A stretch of DNA of 62,943 nucleotides, the filler included, from Phoronis australis (taxonomy: Eukaryota > Animalia > Phoronida), in NCBI GenBank assembly GCA_002633005.1. It is 9 parts of 9 records of this genome, joined end to end, with 100 filler letters (N's around TTAATTAATTAA, not from the genome) between each part and the next. Parts side by side here need not be neighbours in the genome. Positions count along the whole stretch, not along the records: positions 8,323 to 39,098 come from NMRA01000146.1; 8 more parts are not named here. One strand, given 5' to 3'. Within the stretch, counting starts at the first letter, position 1. The number at the start of each line of letters is the position of its first letter. Under the pieces are notes generated by a model. That model did not search any database. It saw only the letters and a list, made by a program, of their open reading frames with translations, and was not told the origin of the DNA. This document shows, piece by piece, positions 13,084 through 25,884 of this stretch. A program made the translations under genes and the position numbers.

Positions 13084-14021
13084 GTACAGTGCGACCAACA
13101 TAAAATCCCGGTCTCGTTCGTGTCTAACGTAGTCAAAGCCGTTGACTAGGTCATATAAACTCGAAGCTCTAGCTTTCATTTACGCTGTCTGGCCACACCA
13201 TTTCCCCAAGTCGCAGACACTTTCCACAACCACCATTTAGCTCGTCAGTGGACACGAATTTTACACCCTGTCATGTTTGCTTTTTGCCACATACCCAAGC
13301 AAGTTTTCCCTGGCTCTGCGGAAAGCATTTACGCCACGGTCGTTTTCATTAACAGCGTATTTTCGCCCGAAAAAAACATTCAGCTGTGAAGAAATAAGTT
13401 CCTTTCTCACGTACCTCAGCTACACTATTCTCACGTGCATTTGAAACACCCGTTCTTGGATACGATAAAGAGCACATGCCACTCTCAAATATTGCTTACT
13501 AGTCACCAGAGCTTACTAGCAAAATGTACTTTTACCTCTAATTTTAAAGTTAGGGAGGACTTATTTCGCTTTTACAATTAGAGTCACTGCAGACAGAGAG
13601 CAACGAGTTGAGCTGTCTGCCTCAAGTGGGATGAGTTAATTCAATCATTCTCGCTTGTTGGCGCCCTTGCGTGAAGTTGACAACTCTCTCCGTCTGCCTT
13701 CGTCCGTAAAATTACCAAGGTTCACTTATAAAAGAACCTCTAAACATGGAATAAGTCAATCTGAAATTATTGCTGCTCGTGAGAGAAGAAAACTGGGCGT
13801 GAGAATCGAAAAGCGGTACATGAGAATGGGACTGAAATTGTAAGAAATGAATTTTAGATAACAAGAAAAATATACTTGGCAAAATACGATGATGTTAACA
13901 AGCAAACGACGTTCTGGATGAAAATGCGCGTCTATAAGCCATTGAATCTCTACGCAAAACAGTCAAGTATGTTTTGAAATGGCCTTTCACTGCTGTACAG
14001 CTGTAAATGTTGAATTCTTAG

Positions 14022-15706
14022 AGGAGAATGCCATCCAAAAACAACCTATTTTGTATCAATTTAGACCGAGTAGTACTACTCGATAACGGCACGTTCGGTT
14101 GCGTTACCTGACACCTGACGGCAAACGGAGGTGTTGAAATTATCCAATGACGTAATCGGTTTCACACGTGGTCTTTTCAGAAAATCACAACACGGGTTAG
14201 TGGTGTCAGCTTATCTCATGAATTCATCGTTTAACACCAATAAATAATAAAACTCCGATGTAAAACCCTTAAAAATATACCGAGTTCTTATAAAAAACGT
14301 GTTTTTTATTTCGCCGTTGCGGATTTACTGGTATTTGGACACACCGTAGCCTACCAAGTTCTGCAGGCCAATTTACCAAGGTCGTAGCAGGAGTTTGGGG
14401 TCTGTTCGGAGATAAATTCGAACTATTCTTCCGTGACTACAGACAGGAGAACCTATATCTGCGTTATTTATACTTGTGATTTTTTTAAGTTCTAAAGACG
14501 CAAAACGCTTGTTATCCCGGCCAGTGGCCTGGAACCCGATCACTAGGCCCGGATTCGCGGCCGAACTGACTCGTTATCCCGACCAGATTCTTGAAACCCA
14601 ATCAGGCCCGTTGCGGCCGCCGGCGGGGACTGACACAAAAATAAACCAGCTTGAGTTGGAAACTAAACCTTCAATCACGAAAAGACTATGATAGGGAGCC
14701 AAAGAAATAATATGCATGCAATTATTTATGTGAGTTAGCCACGGAACTGAAAATCTACTTACTTGTCGGGGGCCGCGAATTCGGGTTCCCCTTCAACAGA
14801 CCGTCAGGGCAAAGGTTGTACAGTGATTTGAATAATGTACTTCTATTTCTAGATAAAGATTCTCCTAACATGTCACCACAGCATATAAAATCGAGTAATT
14901 GTTTCACAACAGCTGTCTGTCAGCCAACACTGAATTAGCATGCGCTCACACGGCCTCGGTGCCCGGTCAATTACCTGTAACGCAGTGGTTTATTCATTGC
15001 TGGCTTCTCAAAACATTTGCACTCGCGAGCACTCCAAGGCCTTAGACAGACTTTATTTCAGTTTCATATAAGCATTGGTTAGGATGATAATAATTCATTT
15101 TGAAACAGAATGCAGAATAATAAACGTCTACATGGCAGCTCGCCAGGCGCATATCCCGACTTAGTCAAGAGCTCATTCGACAAAGACTTCACGGGTCGGA
15201 TCGTTAGGTTTCACAGGATATCAGTTCGAACGTGAATACACTGATCAAGACATACTAGAGAGGCGCCGTGAACATGCACAGTCAACGGAACGTATTGGAT
15301 ATTTTTTGGTAAGCCGGAATTCGTCAGAGAAATCACTGTCGACGAAATGCCGGCCATAGACACAGAAATGTTTCACGGCCTCATACTTGCTATTAACAGC
15401 GTACTTTTCATTCTTCACTACCGCGAACCTCCTCCTAAGCATTTCGGTTCTGGAGGAAGTCGAAAAAAAAACGATATACCCGCTTTCGTCGCAGCTTTGT
15501 ATATTCAGACAACCGGGAACGATGCACCGCAATATAGCGGCATTCACTCTTCAGACGAACCACTGACGTCACTGCGTCGTTTCTCACCTTCCTCACAGGT
15601 TAATGCGACACCTTTCGGCAAGGTGAGGTCGACCTTAAAGAGGCGATGTGGATATAGACCGATTAAGACGGTAAAAACGACTATTTAAATCGAGTGGCAT
15701 TCTCCT
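14022..15706 (-). mobile_element. Kolobok-type DNA transposon (decayed) with THAP and P2X7-ballast/KolX-like remnants, copy 1
   Basis: 12-bp perfect TIR AGGAGAATGCCA (14022-14033) / TGGCATTCTCCT (15695-15706), flanked by TTAG and TTAA. Minus-strand THAP-like CIVPGC...FF-RLPP...RHFVDSDF at ~15330-15530, frameshifted. Confidence 0.7.
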
Positions 15707-15920
15707 TTAAACAGAGCATTTTGGGTTTAAAAATACTACCAAGCTTATAAAATCTCGAACTGCTGCCATTTTTGAATTGGAATGTTTAACTTCAATAATC
15801 TGTAATGTGATTTTGAGTCGCTGATCGATGCTTTGGATGTGCTGATTGGTAACGGAAAATAGAATCCTGTCACGGGTAGGGATACTATGAGTCCGATCTC
15901 TTGAGAGTAAAAGGGATAAN

Positions 15921-18900
15921 CAGTGAAGGTTCTCGTTTCAGAGACACGTGTTTTCAGAGGTGTAGTTTAGATTTCTTTCGACAGTTGGCGCTCTTAGCAG
16001 TACGTTTATTTCCGTTCACCGTGTGGCGCTGTGGTTTGTTTATTTACATCCGGTTTTTGATTAGCGGGTTTTTGGCTTTGATATATGAGTTTGAATTGTA
16101 CTTAGGGTTTTCATGACAGGTTTTGGATATTACTTACTTACTTACTTACGTTGGTTTATTTGCTGTGTCATGCAGAGATTATTATTTCTTGCATTTATGG
16201 TGATTTTTGGTTTGTTTTCAGATTGAACTTCTTCTTCTAGACTTATACTGATGTCTGATGTAACAATAAAGTTCCAATTTTAACGCTGCTGCTGTTTTTT
16301 CACCCTGTGCGTGATCCAGAAGCTTGGGAAAGCTTCCTGACGAAAGCTGATTGACTGTGGAACTCTGTAGGTCAATAGATCAAAAAGAAGAAGAGGTGTC
16401 ACAAACGTTTGTGCAGAAAACAGCTGCATGTCTTGGTAGCCTACACAGTATACTGCTGAGTGCTGTAGACTAGAAGACCAAGTGTCAGACCAAAAAATTG
16501 AAAGGACATAGAACGGCATAGCAACGTTTCAAGGCACCAACAGTAGTACTAAAGCTGAATTTGCTGAAAGTGATACAGATGCTATCCAAGATTTCCCAAG
16601 AAAATCAATTATACTTCCAAAATCTGAAACACCCAATTAACCTGAACAAGATAGGAACATTCTGAAAATAAGTGCATCATTTGTTAGCTGGAAAAGTACA
16701 TAATGGACAACATTTCAAGAAAGAGAAAGAAGTATAGCTTTCAAAAACAGGTACGTGTTTTTGAAAAATGCATCTTGGTGTTTTCCATGTGTGTTTCAGT
16801 ATTATCGCCAGTTCTTTTTCAACTTGTTCAGCCCCTCGGCTTCCTAGGCCTTAGACAATACTGCTGACCCAGTAGAGACGATGATCATACCATAGGTACT
16901 CCATATGCCGGATACTTTTTGGCAAATTATGTTCCTATAAGTTTAGAAGTACCACGTAGAGAGATGCCTCTGGGGAAGTCGTTATTTTTTATCATTTGTT
17001 CCCAGTTTAAACAAATACTCCTGCAATCCTGTTTTTCGAACACTCCATTCACTTGCCACATCGACACTGCTTGCGCTAAGGGATAATCCTATGGCGTTAT
17101 ACTGTGGGTGTGATTTTAAAGCACTTAAAGTCAAAAATTTTTGAGAAGGTTAAATGGAGTAGATGGTTGCAAAAAACATGCCCAAGTGGCCGTCATCCCC
17201 TGCTGTAGTCTCAATTTTTTGTAAACATTAATTACTTAGGTAGCTGCAATGATAATTAAATTAAAGTGCCTAAGTGGCCATTAGACGATCAACATTATCA
17301 GGCTACAGATCAGACGGCATATAAATTTGTTAGGCTGGTGGTGGATCAGTTCCTGATAAGTCCGTCTGAAAAAGTTGCATGCCAACTCACTTATAGTTGA
17401 ATGTTAAATTAGTGTTAACAGTTCGGGTTTTTTTCAGTTGGACTTGTATCGCAAGCAACAGCTCAGACCAGAGCCCTGAATATGCAAATGAAATTCAAAG
17501 ATATAGAATGTGTCTTAGAAGCCAAGTACCACAGATCATCATGCTATAAAAAAAGACCACGATTGTGAAGAGTGACGAATTCAAAGTTTTCAGAGATGTT
17601 TTTCTACAGTTTTGTTTGGAGTTCATTGAATCGAAGCTTCTAACACAAGGAGATGTCATTTGCCTTTCAAAACTAAATCAAGACTTTGAAGCTGTTCTTC
17701 AGAAAGCTGGTGTGCATGGAGTTATTTGGACTGGCAATCTTAAGAAATATTGTTGAAGCTACTCACTGTTGTAGTTTGTGCCCGACTAAGAGATAAAAAA
17801 GTGAATTGAGGTTAGTGTTCAATAATTCACTTGCTGACTCTAATTAACACAGCCCATTATAACATATTTTGAACCAAACGTTTGCCCAAATAGTGCCTGC
17901 CTCCAAACAAGGACTTAGCGTTTGACCCTTCATTGCCTGCGGACTAATCACCAGTGTGCAGTGCTGTACCCTCTCTAATCGACCGTAGTTGGCTCCTTGG
18001 CGGTGGAGCTTTGCAGTTAATATGTATGGCAATGACCGCATCTCCATTGACAGTACTAAACGATGAACGCTGCAAGTGCAAAAAGAACATGTGTGCTGGG
18101 AAACTGAGTTTGTGCTGCAATGCTGGGTCAAACTGTACAGAAATGTGCAGCTGTGACAACTGTAGTAATATCAGGAACACTGATGACTGCATAACATTGG
18201 ATAGTTCTTTGACAAGTCAACCCCAAATAGACCTCCAACCCCGTTATTTCCTTTTTTGTATTAAAAAGTTAATTTTATTTGTTGATTAAGTCATAGAAAG
18301 TACATACTTTGATCATTGTCATGTATTTGTCTCATACTGCTTGATAAAGGCTGTCAGAATAATCTATTATTTTCATACAGTCTTTGTGCACATTCACAGA
18401 GATCATTCAACTATACTGTTTTTGTACTATAACATATTTCTGATGTATTATGCAAACAAGCTGTATTTTACACCATTATTCAATGTTTTAGTCATTGAGG
18501 CACAAATTTTGCCCAGTCTCAAGTGTTTTGTGTTATTTTTGTTGCCTGACAATGCCAGAATAACTTCCTAGTAACATTCAGACTTAGTTTGCATTTTTGC
18601 CACAAGGTGTCTCTTTACATTTTTTAAATTTCACTGTTTACAATTAATTTACAATAGTTAAACATGTAATATGAGTGTAATATTGTTCAATACAATGGCA
18701 CTGATGGGACCATATTACTTGTTTTACAAAAAAATCACCAAAACTGTTGTTTTTACTGAGCTTTTTGGTGATTTTTAGGTAACTTCAAACTCAAATTTCT
18801 CAAAAATGTGCAACTTTATATGTGGGAACTTTTTAGATTTTAAAAACACTCTAATAAATGAATTAAAAAACACCAAAATAAAATTGCCCCCCTAAAGTAC

Positions 18901-18949
18901 TCACAAAAACCATTTTCTAGAGGCCCTACAAAATCTGGCCCACCGACTA
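15921..18949 (+). mobile_element. Academ (AcademX-type) DNA transposon remnant, internally deleted; left end lost at the single-N joint
   Basis: Ends in ..CCGACTA (TAG..CTA-type terminus). EAKYH..CY motif (~17518), helical segment 17565-17756, Cys8 finger CKCKKNMC...CCNAGSNCTEMCSCDNC (18070-18165). Confidence 0.65.
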
Positions 18950-20662
18950 AACGGCACGTTCGGTTGCGTTACCTGACACATGACGGGAGACGGAGGTGTT
19001 GAAGTTATCCAATGACGTCACTGGTTTCACGCGCAGTCTGTTCAGCAGTTCACAACACGGGTTACTGGTGTCAGCTTATCGCTTGAATTCATCATTTAAC
19101 ACCAATAAATCATCAAACGTCGATGGAAACCCTTAAAAATACAGTGTACACCGAGTTCTTATCAAAGCGTGTTGTTTTATTTCGCTGTTACAAATTTATT
19201 GGTTTTCGGACACACCCCCTTAGCCTATAAAGTTCGGCAGGCCAACCAAGGTCTATAGCAGGAGTTTGGGGTCTTTTCGGAGATTAATTCGAAATATTCT
19301 TCTGTGAAATACAGACAGGAAAACCTAGATCTGTGTTGCTTAGACTTGTGATTTTTCTACTTCTAAACACACAAAACGCTTGTTATCCAGGCCAGTGGCT
19401 CGGAACCCGATCAGGCCCGTCGCTCGGAACCCAATCAGGCTGTACTGTTGTTACATTCGAGTAGTATAAATGTAAGGAGTCACTTCTGGTACGTCGATCG
19501 TCTGATATACACAATACACGTTAGTTCCTGATTTAATACTTGTTTTATTAGACTAACTAACGATGCAACAGAAATTAAACCTCCAGTCACGAAAAGACTA
19601 TAATAGTGAGCCAAAGAGACAATGTTCACGTAATTATTCATTTGAGTTAGCCACGAAACTGACAATCTACTTACTTGTCGGGGGCCGCGAAGTCGGCTTC
19701 CCATTCCACAGACCGTCAGGGCCAAGGTTGTACTGTAACAACGATTTGAATAATGTATTTGTATTTCTGAATAAAGATTCCTCTAACATGTGACCGTAGC
19801 GTATAAAATCGAGTAATAGTTTCACAACAGCTTTCTGTCAGCAAACACTGAATTAGCATACGCTCCCACGACCTCGGTGCCCGGTCAATTACCTTTAGTG
19901 CCGACATCAAAAGCCGGTAACGCTGTGGTTTATTCATTGCTGGCTTCTCACAATTTGCACTATCAAATACTGCAAATGCATTACAAATTGTATCTAAGGA
20001 GACATGCTTTGTTTCAGTTTTATATAAGCATTGGTTAGGATGAGAATAATTCACTTTGAAACCGACCGCAGAATAATACACGTCTACATGACAAGTCGCC
20101 CGGCGCCAATCCCGACTTAGTCAAGAGCTCATTCGACGAAGACTTCACGGCCGGATCGTATCGTTAGGTTTCACAGGCTATAAGTTCGAACCGGAACTGA
20201 TCAAGAAATACTAGAGAGGTGCCGTGAACATGCACAGGCAACGGAACGTATGGATAATTCTTTAGTATGCCGGAATTCGTCAGACAAACCACTGTCGACG
20301 AAATGCCTGCCATAGACACAGAGATGTTTCACGGCCTCATACTTGCTATTAACAGCGTACTTTTCATTCTTCACTACCGCGAACCTCCTCCTAAGCATTT
20401 CGGTTCTGGAGGAAGTCGAAAAAAAAACGATATACCCGCTTTCGTCGCAGCTTTGTATATTCAGACAACTGGGAACGATGCACCGCAATATAGCGGCATT
20501 CACTCTTCAGACGAACCACTGACGTCACTGCGTCGTTTCTCACCTTCCTCACAGGTTAATGCGACACCTTTCGGCAAGGTGAGGTCGACCTTAAAGAGGC
20601 GATGTGGATATAGACCGATTAAGACGGTAAAAACGACTATTTAAATCGAGTGGCATTCTCCT
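18950..20662 (-). mobile_element. Kolobok-type THAP/KolX-like element, copy 2 (first ~63 bp missing, cut by the Academ insertion)
   Basis: Direct repeat of 14085-15706 with the same right TIR plus TTAA at 20651-20666. Minus-strand remnants MNKPQRYR and GHRGRG..MLIQC. Confidence 0.7.
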
Positions 20663-21174
20663 TTAAACAGAGCATTTTGGGTTTAAAAATACTACCAAGC
20701 TTATAAAATCTCGAACTGCTGCCATTTTTGAATTGGAATGTTTAACTTCAATAATCTGTAATGTGATTTTGAGTCGCTGATCGATGCTTTGGATGTGCTG
20801 ATTGGTAACGGAAAATAGAATCCTGTCACGGGTAGGGATACTATGAGTCCGATCTCTTGAGAGTAAAAGGGATAATTGACTTTGGTTTTTAGCCATCTAA
20901 AGATAACGAAATGCTGCTTTGAGTTTGTGATCAGTTATCATACTTTTTTGACTTTTAAAATGGTTGAGTGAGGATGGCTTTTAACCGGGTAAATATTTAG
21001 AATTTTCCAAATCATATCCATGAGGATATATTCGCGAATCGTTACTTTTTAATTACCTTTTACGAAGCAGGTCCACAAAAATGTTACGCTTTTAAAGTTG
21101 CGGATAATAGTGAAATAGCCTTACAATATGTTGGTGCTTTTACGTAAAATTGGTGAGTAATCTTTCCATTTCAG

Positions 21175-21317
21175 GTTAAATTTTCCTTTTTCAACGAAGG
21201 GAAAGAAGTTTTTACTATGGAATTCCAGGGCGAACATTCTAACAAAATGGACTGGTTCAGCACAGTTAAACTCACCAACAATCCCTTTACTGACTTGGGA
21301 TTGACATTTCTTTCGAT
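21175..21317 (+). CDS. Same gene, exon 3 (3' end uncertain: 21317 or 21365)
   Basis: tttcag|GTT, phase 0. Translation VKFSFFNEGKEVFTMEFQGEHSNKMDWFSTVKLTNNPFTDL. A phase-2 donor is required: AT|gtcttt or CC|gtgggt. Confidence 0.7.
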
Positions 21318-21488
21318 GTCTTTGATATCTTTTGAGCTCTCGCCGCACAGAAGAACAGAAAGACCGTGGGTACAGTCTTATATTCACGGGAGATGCAGAG
21401 ATATTACAAGCTAGGTGGAAATCAAGAGACCTTTCACTTAGACTGCAAGGGTTCCAAAAATACATTCCTCACCGAAAAAGATGTGCGG

Positions 21489-24169
21489 TGATACGCCGTA
21501 AAATGTAACAATTTGGTAAAATGTAACAACTGTTACATTTTACAACATTGTTACATTTTACGTTGCTAAGCCTCTCCTAAAATGTAACAAGTAGTTGTTA
21601 CATTTCACATGCGAAAAATGTACCATTGTTACATTTTACGAAACCCACGTCATATTGCAAAGAAAATGACCAATATCACGAACAAGTGGTATCTAACGCG
21701 CCGGGGGTACTGGAGTATTTTTAGACGAGGAGTGCCGCCCAAAAATTTTGAATACCTACCCGTTTAGAGAGTAGGCTCGAACAAAACAGTGACCCATTTA
21801 GAGATTAATTTGTGTAAAAATTCACATTTTCGCACTTCTGTTCCAGAAATTCATGAAAGCCCCTATAGATATAGTTCTGTCGAAAATGGCACCATTTTGG
21901 AGAGTATTTTTTCTGTGAAAAAACACCATTTTGGGCTGTACTTTTGGTATACATCTTCTACAGGAACGACACGGGCTGACACGACATGAATTTGGATACC
22001 TATTATCGTTTAATTAGTATTACATTACTATCACTACTGTTACTACTATTAATTAAGTAGTACTCGTTATCATTTTTGTTATCGTTATTATTATTATTAT
22101 TATTATTATGATTATTATTATTACTATTATAACTATTATTATTTTTAAATGTATTTATTGAGGACACAATACATGTTTAGCAAAGTGCTAATACATCAAG
22201 GTCCTTAAAGATTTTAAAATCATCTCATTTATGGATCAATGTTGTCATCGGGCAAGTGCTGTTCCAAAAGGATTTTAAAGGGGCTCCTATGTTCAGCTTT
22301 AACGATATTGTGAGGAGCGTCTTGACAGCTGTGGGTTCAGAGTAGGGCTAATTTTTTGAAAACGAGGAGGCTGAGATTTAAAATCTTGTTTAGGCGTGCA
22401 TCGTCTTCAAAAATTGATTATTTCTAAACTATCGACAAGCATTGAAAATATAGCTGTATCCATTTGTAGTTTGCCAGGAAGAACAAATTTCAGACTGCAA
22501 GTCGCTGACTTGTTGAAAACATTGCTTGTCAAAGAACTTGGAATCGTTCCACGATGATGAGTAAGTTCAAAAAAAGCGTTAAGCTGAACTCTGGAGGCAG
22601 ACATTTTTGAGAACTAATGACGAGTCGGCTGCGGTCACCGGTTCATTAGATTAGCTAATAACGGAATTACAAAACACGCAACGATTTTATGCGGAGACGG
22701 CCCCAATATTCTTAGAAAAACACAGTGATTTAACAGAATAATTTGAACTAAGTTTCCTTAAAAGTGGATTGCACGGAAAAATACGCCAACGTCGAAGTCA
22801 GCATTGTTTAATATATACATTTAATGCAATGCATCAAAAGGATTAATATACTAAATTCCCTTATCTTCGAGCTACAACACAAAAATGGCGCCTCATGAGA
22901 CACGTGACTTCCCGTCCTGTAATAATGGAATGTCCAGTCTTTGTCCTTATATATATGTACTTTGAACTAACTACCTTTGACCAAATAGCAATTTTATTTC
23001 ACATTTTATATTAAAAGATAATGGAAAGAGAATGTGCATGTTTTTATACTCCGAAAGGCCGACAGTCAGCTTTTTTGGACTATTGCCCCTTTAAGCTATC
23101 GACCTAGACCAGGTTTGAGCAAAACAATCATGTTCCTTCGGAGTCCAAATATTTTCTGTTTCTCCAGCTAGGCATCCCATTTTTACTTATACACGTCACA
23201 GTTTGACCTGTTGTTTCCACCACTATTTCAGACAAGCTTGACATCATAGAAACAATGATATTTCTTTCGTTATTATGCCGCCACTTTTTAAGCTAATGGC
23301 TAGCCCTTCTCAAAGGTGATATTTTGCCGTTGCTTTGACAAAATCTGTCAACCTGCAGGCAAATAAATGCGTGCTTTTATTTTCTTCACCCAAAATGTCT
23401 TTAAGAAATTGTTAATCGTAACTCATTTCTAGACATTATCCGCCGGCATCAGAAACTTTGGTTTTGCTCCTTCTGTGTGAAGCAGGGCAATTACTGCATT
23501 AGCGATGACTCCAAGCCAATAAGACACTGGCCGAAAAAAAACAAACTATCGTGGACTAAAATGGGTAATTCTCCATAAAAATTTTTGTTATTGTCGTTTA
23601 TTCCCTAAGAAATGCGATAAATATTAGCCAACAACGATGTCATTGTTGTTCTTACCAAGGGAAATGTGTTTACCTTAATGTCGGATACACAACTGGTTTA
23701 TTAGCGCCAACAAAAGATTGCAAGAACACTTGATAGGTAAAAAAACTCGTTACCTGATCCTGGAAACTCCTCTCGTGTGGAGTTGAAACTGTACGCTGTA
23801 CATTTTTGACTATACCATAAAACCGACCATGTTAAAAACATGGGAAGCACATAGGGACAATCTATAAAGTCGACCTGGCACATTTGATAGAATACAATAC
23901 AAACAACCCAAGGAAAAAGGCGTTAAGTGTGTCAATAAATTTCCTCCGTGTGACAAATGCCATGCAAACTGAAGAAATATGACGTCGCTTTCGTAATATG
24001 TAACAAGGGTACATTTCTCGCATGTGCATTCAACGTAAATTGTAACAATTTTATAAAATGTAACAACTTGTTACATTTGAGGAGAGGCCTAGCAACATAA
24101 AATGTAACGATGACATCAAATGTAACAATTCTTACATTTTACGAAATTGTTACATTTTACGGCGTATCA
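21489..24169. mobile_element. Foldback-like DNA element with long TIRs made of AAATGTAACA/TGTTACATTT motifs
   Basis: Termini TGATACGCCGTAAAATGTAAC / GTTACATTTTACGGCGTATCA, with imperfect inverted similarity over roughly 130-180 bp. Flanks gtgcgg / gttcgg suggest a 6-bp TSD with one mismatch. Confidence 0.75.
22020..22145. repeat. Degenerate (ATT)n microsatellite
   Basis: Visible attattatt tract. Confidence 0.8.
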
Positions 24170-25104
24170 GTTCGGTCCTAAATTCCTGGAAGGGTCCGGT
24201 GGCTTTTTCAAAGGAGAAGATCATGGGACGTGATGCTTATATGAGAATTTCTCCTCAACTAGCTGCCTCCTTATGAAAGAGTGCCGTTACAAATAAATTC
24301 TCCACAGAATGGTTAAACTTATGGTTTAGGGCTAAACATAGAAATCAACTTCTTAACATACATGTAACTCTGTAGAGTGTTCATGTTTTATGTATACGAG
24401 GACATGGATTCCAAAGGGTTGGTAATTGGATTTCACTTCAACAAATTGGCTTTTCATAGGATAAAAAGCCCTGCAAAGTGACAATATGGGGAAGCTGTAC
24501 AAAAAGATGACTTTTTACGACAAGATGGTTCCCTTTTAGTCACGCCTAGTCACAAACCGGAAATGTTTTAATCTCACTGACTCTCGTAAAGGGCGGGTAG
24601 TCTAATTTCCCAGGGACGTGCTCACTGTATTCGAGTACCCTTAAATCCAAATTTCCAAAACCACCTGATGCCAGCTCCTATTTGTCATGAACCCAGATAA
24701 CAAAATCAGTAGTAGACAAAGGAAACACGTAATCGCCTTTGCCTGTTTATCTAAATTAGCTTTAAATCATGTTTAATCTTAAGAATGACTCCAATTCTCG
24801 TACCTGAATCCGTCTAATCCCTTAATTTCCATCACATTTTGCGCTGTCATCGCGCGGCTCTTTCTGTGTGTTGTGCATCGTGTTACTACTCTTGCGTGGC
24901 CGTGAACCCACGGGTCACGTGCATTTCAAATAATGGACTACGTTGTAATTGATGGACACGTCTATTCAGAAGTTTGTTCCCATACATTCTGGCGTCTGCG
25001 TACCGTTTTGAGAAAATCAAAAATTTCAATATCAAATATTTGTAGTGCACTTGATTTAATGTTGTTACGAAGTAATGTGAGTAATTCTACATTTTCTGTT
25101 TAAG

Positions 25105-25289
25105 TCGCTCGTATTCCAACAACCGTCGATTTCTTGTCACTGCACTGTACGAGAACTGTTTCTTAGACGAAGGATGGGTCGTAGTGATGGACAGTGCAGG
25201 TGTATGCGATTGGGAAAACAGGGATTCCAGATATCCACAGTTTTTGTACAGTAAGGCTCAGACAAAGGTGAAATGGACCTCGGATTTAG
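25105..25289 (+). CDS. Same gene, exon 4
   Basis: gtttaag|T...TTAG|gtaaat. Translation RSYSNNRRFLVTALYENCFLDEGWVVVMDSAGVCDWENRDSRYPQFLYSKAQTKVKWTSDL. Missed by the ORF track. Confidence 0.8.
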
Positions 25290-25884
25290 GTAAATTCAAA
25301 CTGTCGTAGCAAACATGAACCAAATAATTCTGAATTGTGATAGTTTCCGTTTTATCAGCTAAAGGACATGTAATTCTTGAACCTTAGGGAGTTATCGAAA
25401 CCATAAACATGAGGCATCTCGTCGTTTGAAAAATAGCATTGCATTATTGTATTCTGATGTGTAATTTTGTGAGATTAAGGAAACGTGTTTATGGTACGGC
25501 CAACTAAAAGCCAACAGTGGCGTATATGGGGCGTACATGTAGACGCGCGTAGACTCAGTTCTACATCTTTTCATTTTCAATGAGAAAGAGCGTTTCCGGG
25601 TGATATCTATGAAACGGGCCGAAACATGTGACAACGACACGCCGTTAACCTCTGACCAACGCAGAACCCTTTAGTGACCATTTTGGTCAAGGAAAGGGGC
25701 TTCTCACTCTTGTTTAGCGCTTGCAGATTATGTTATATTCCGAAAATAATAGTAATGAACGTAAATATGAGTTGACCAGCCATTTTAATTAAAACTGAAT
25801 AACAATTCCCACTATTTAGTAGAGAATGCAGATTTGGTTCGTTTCCAATGCCCTGAATTATGGATGGCCCTTTATATTTTGTAG

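Noticed and set aside
14085-20875. LTR retrotransposon or composite transposon (direct repeats flanking a 3-kb core)
   Set aside because: The repeats lack TG..CA ends, PBS and gag/pol. The core is an Academ remnant, and the duplication runs past the TIR and ends at an assembly N.
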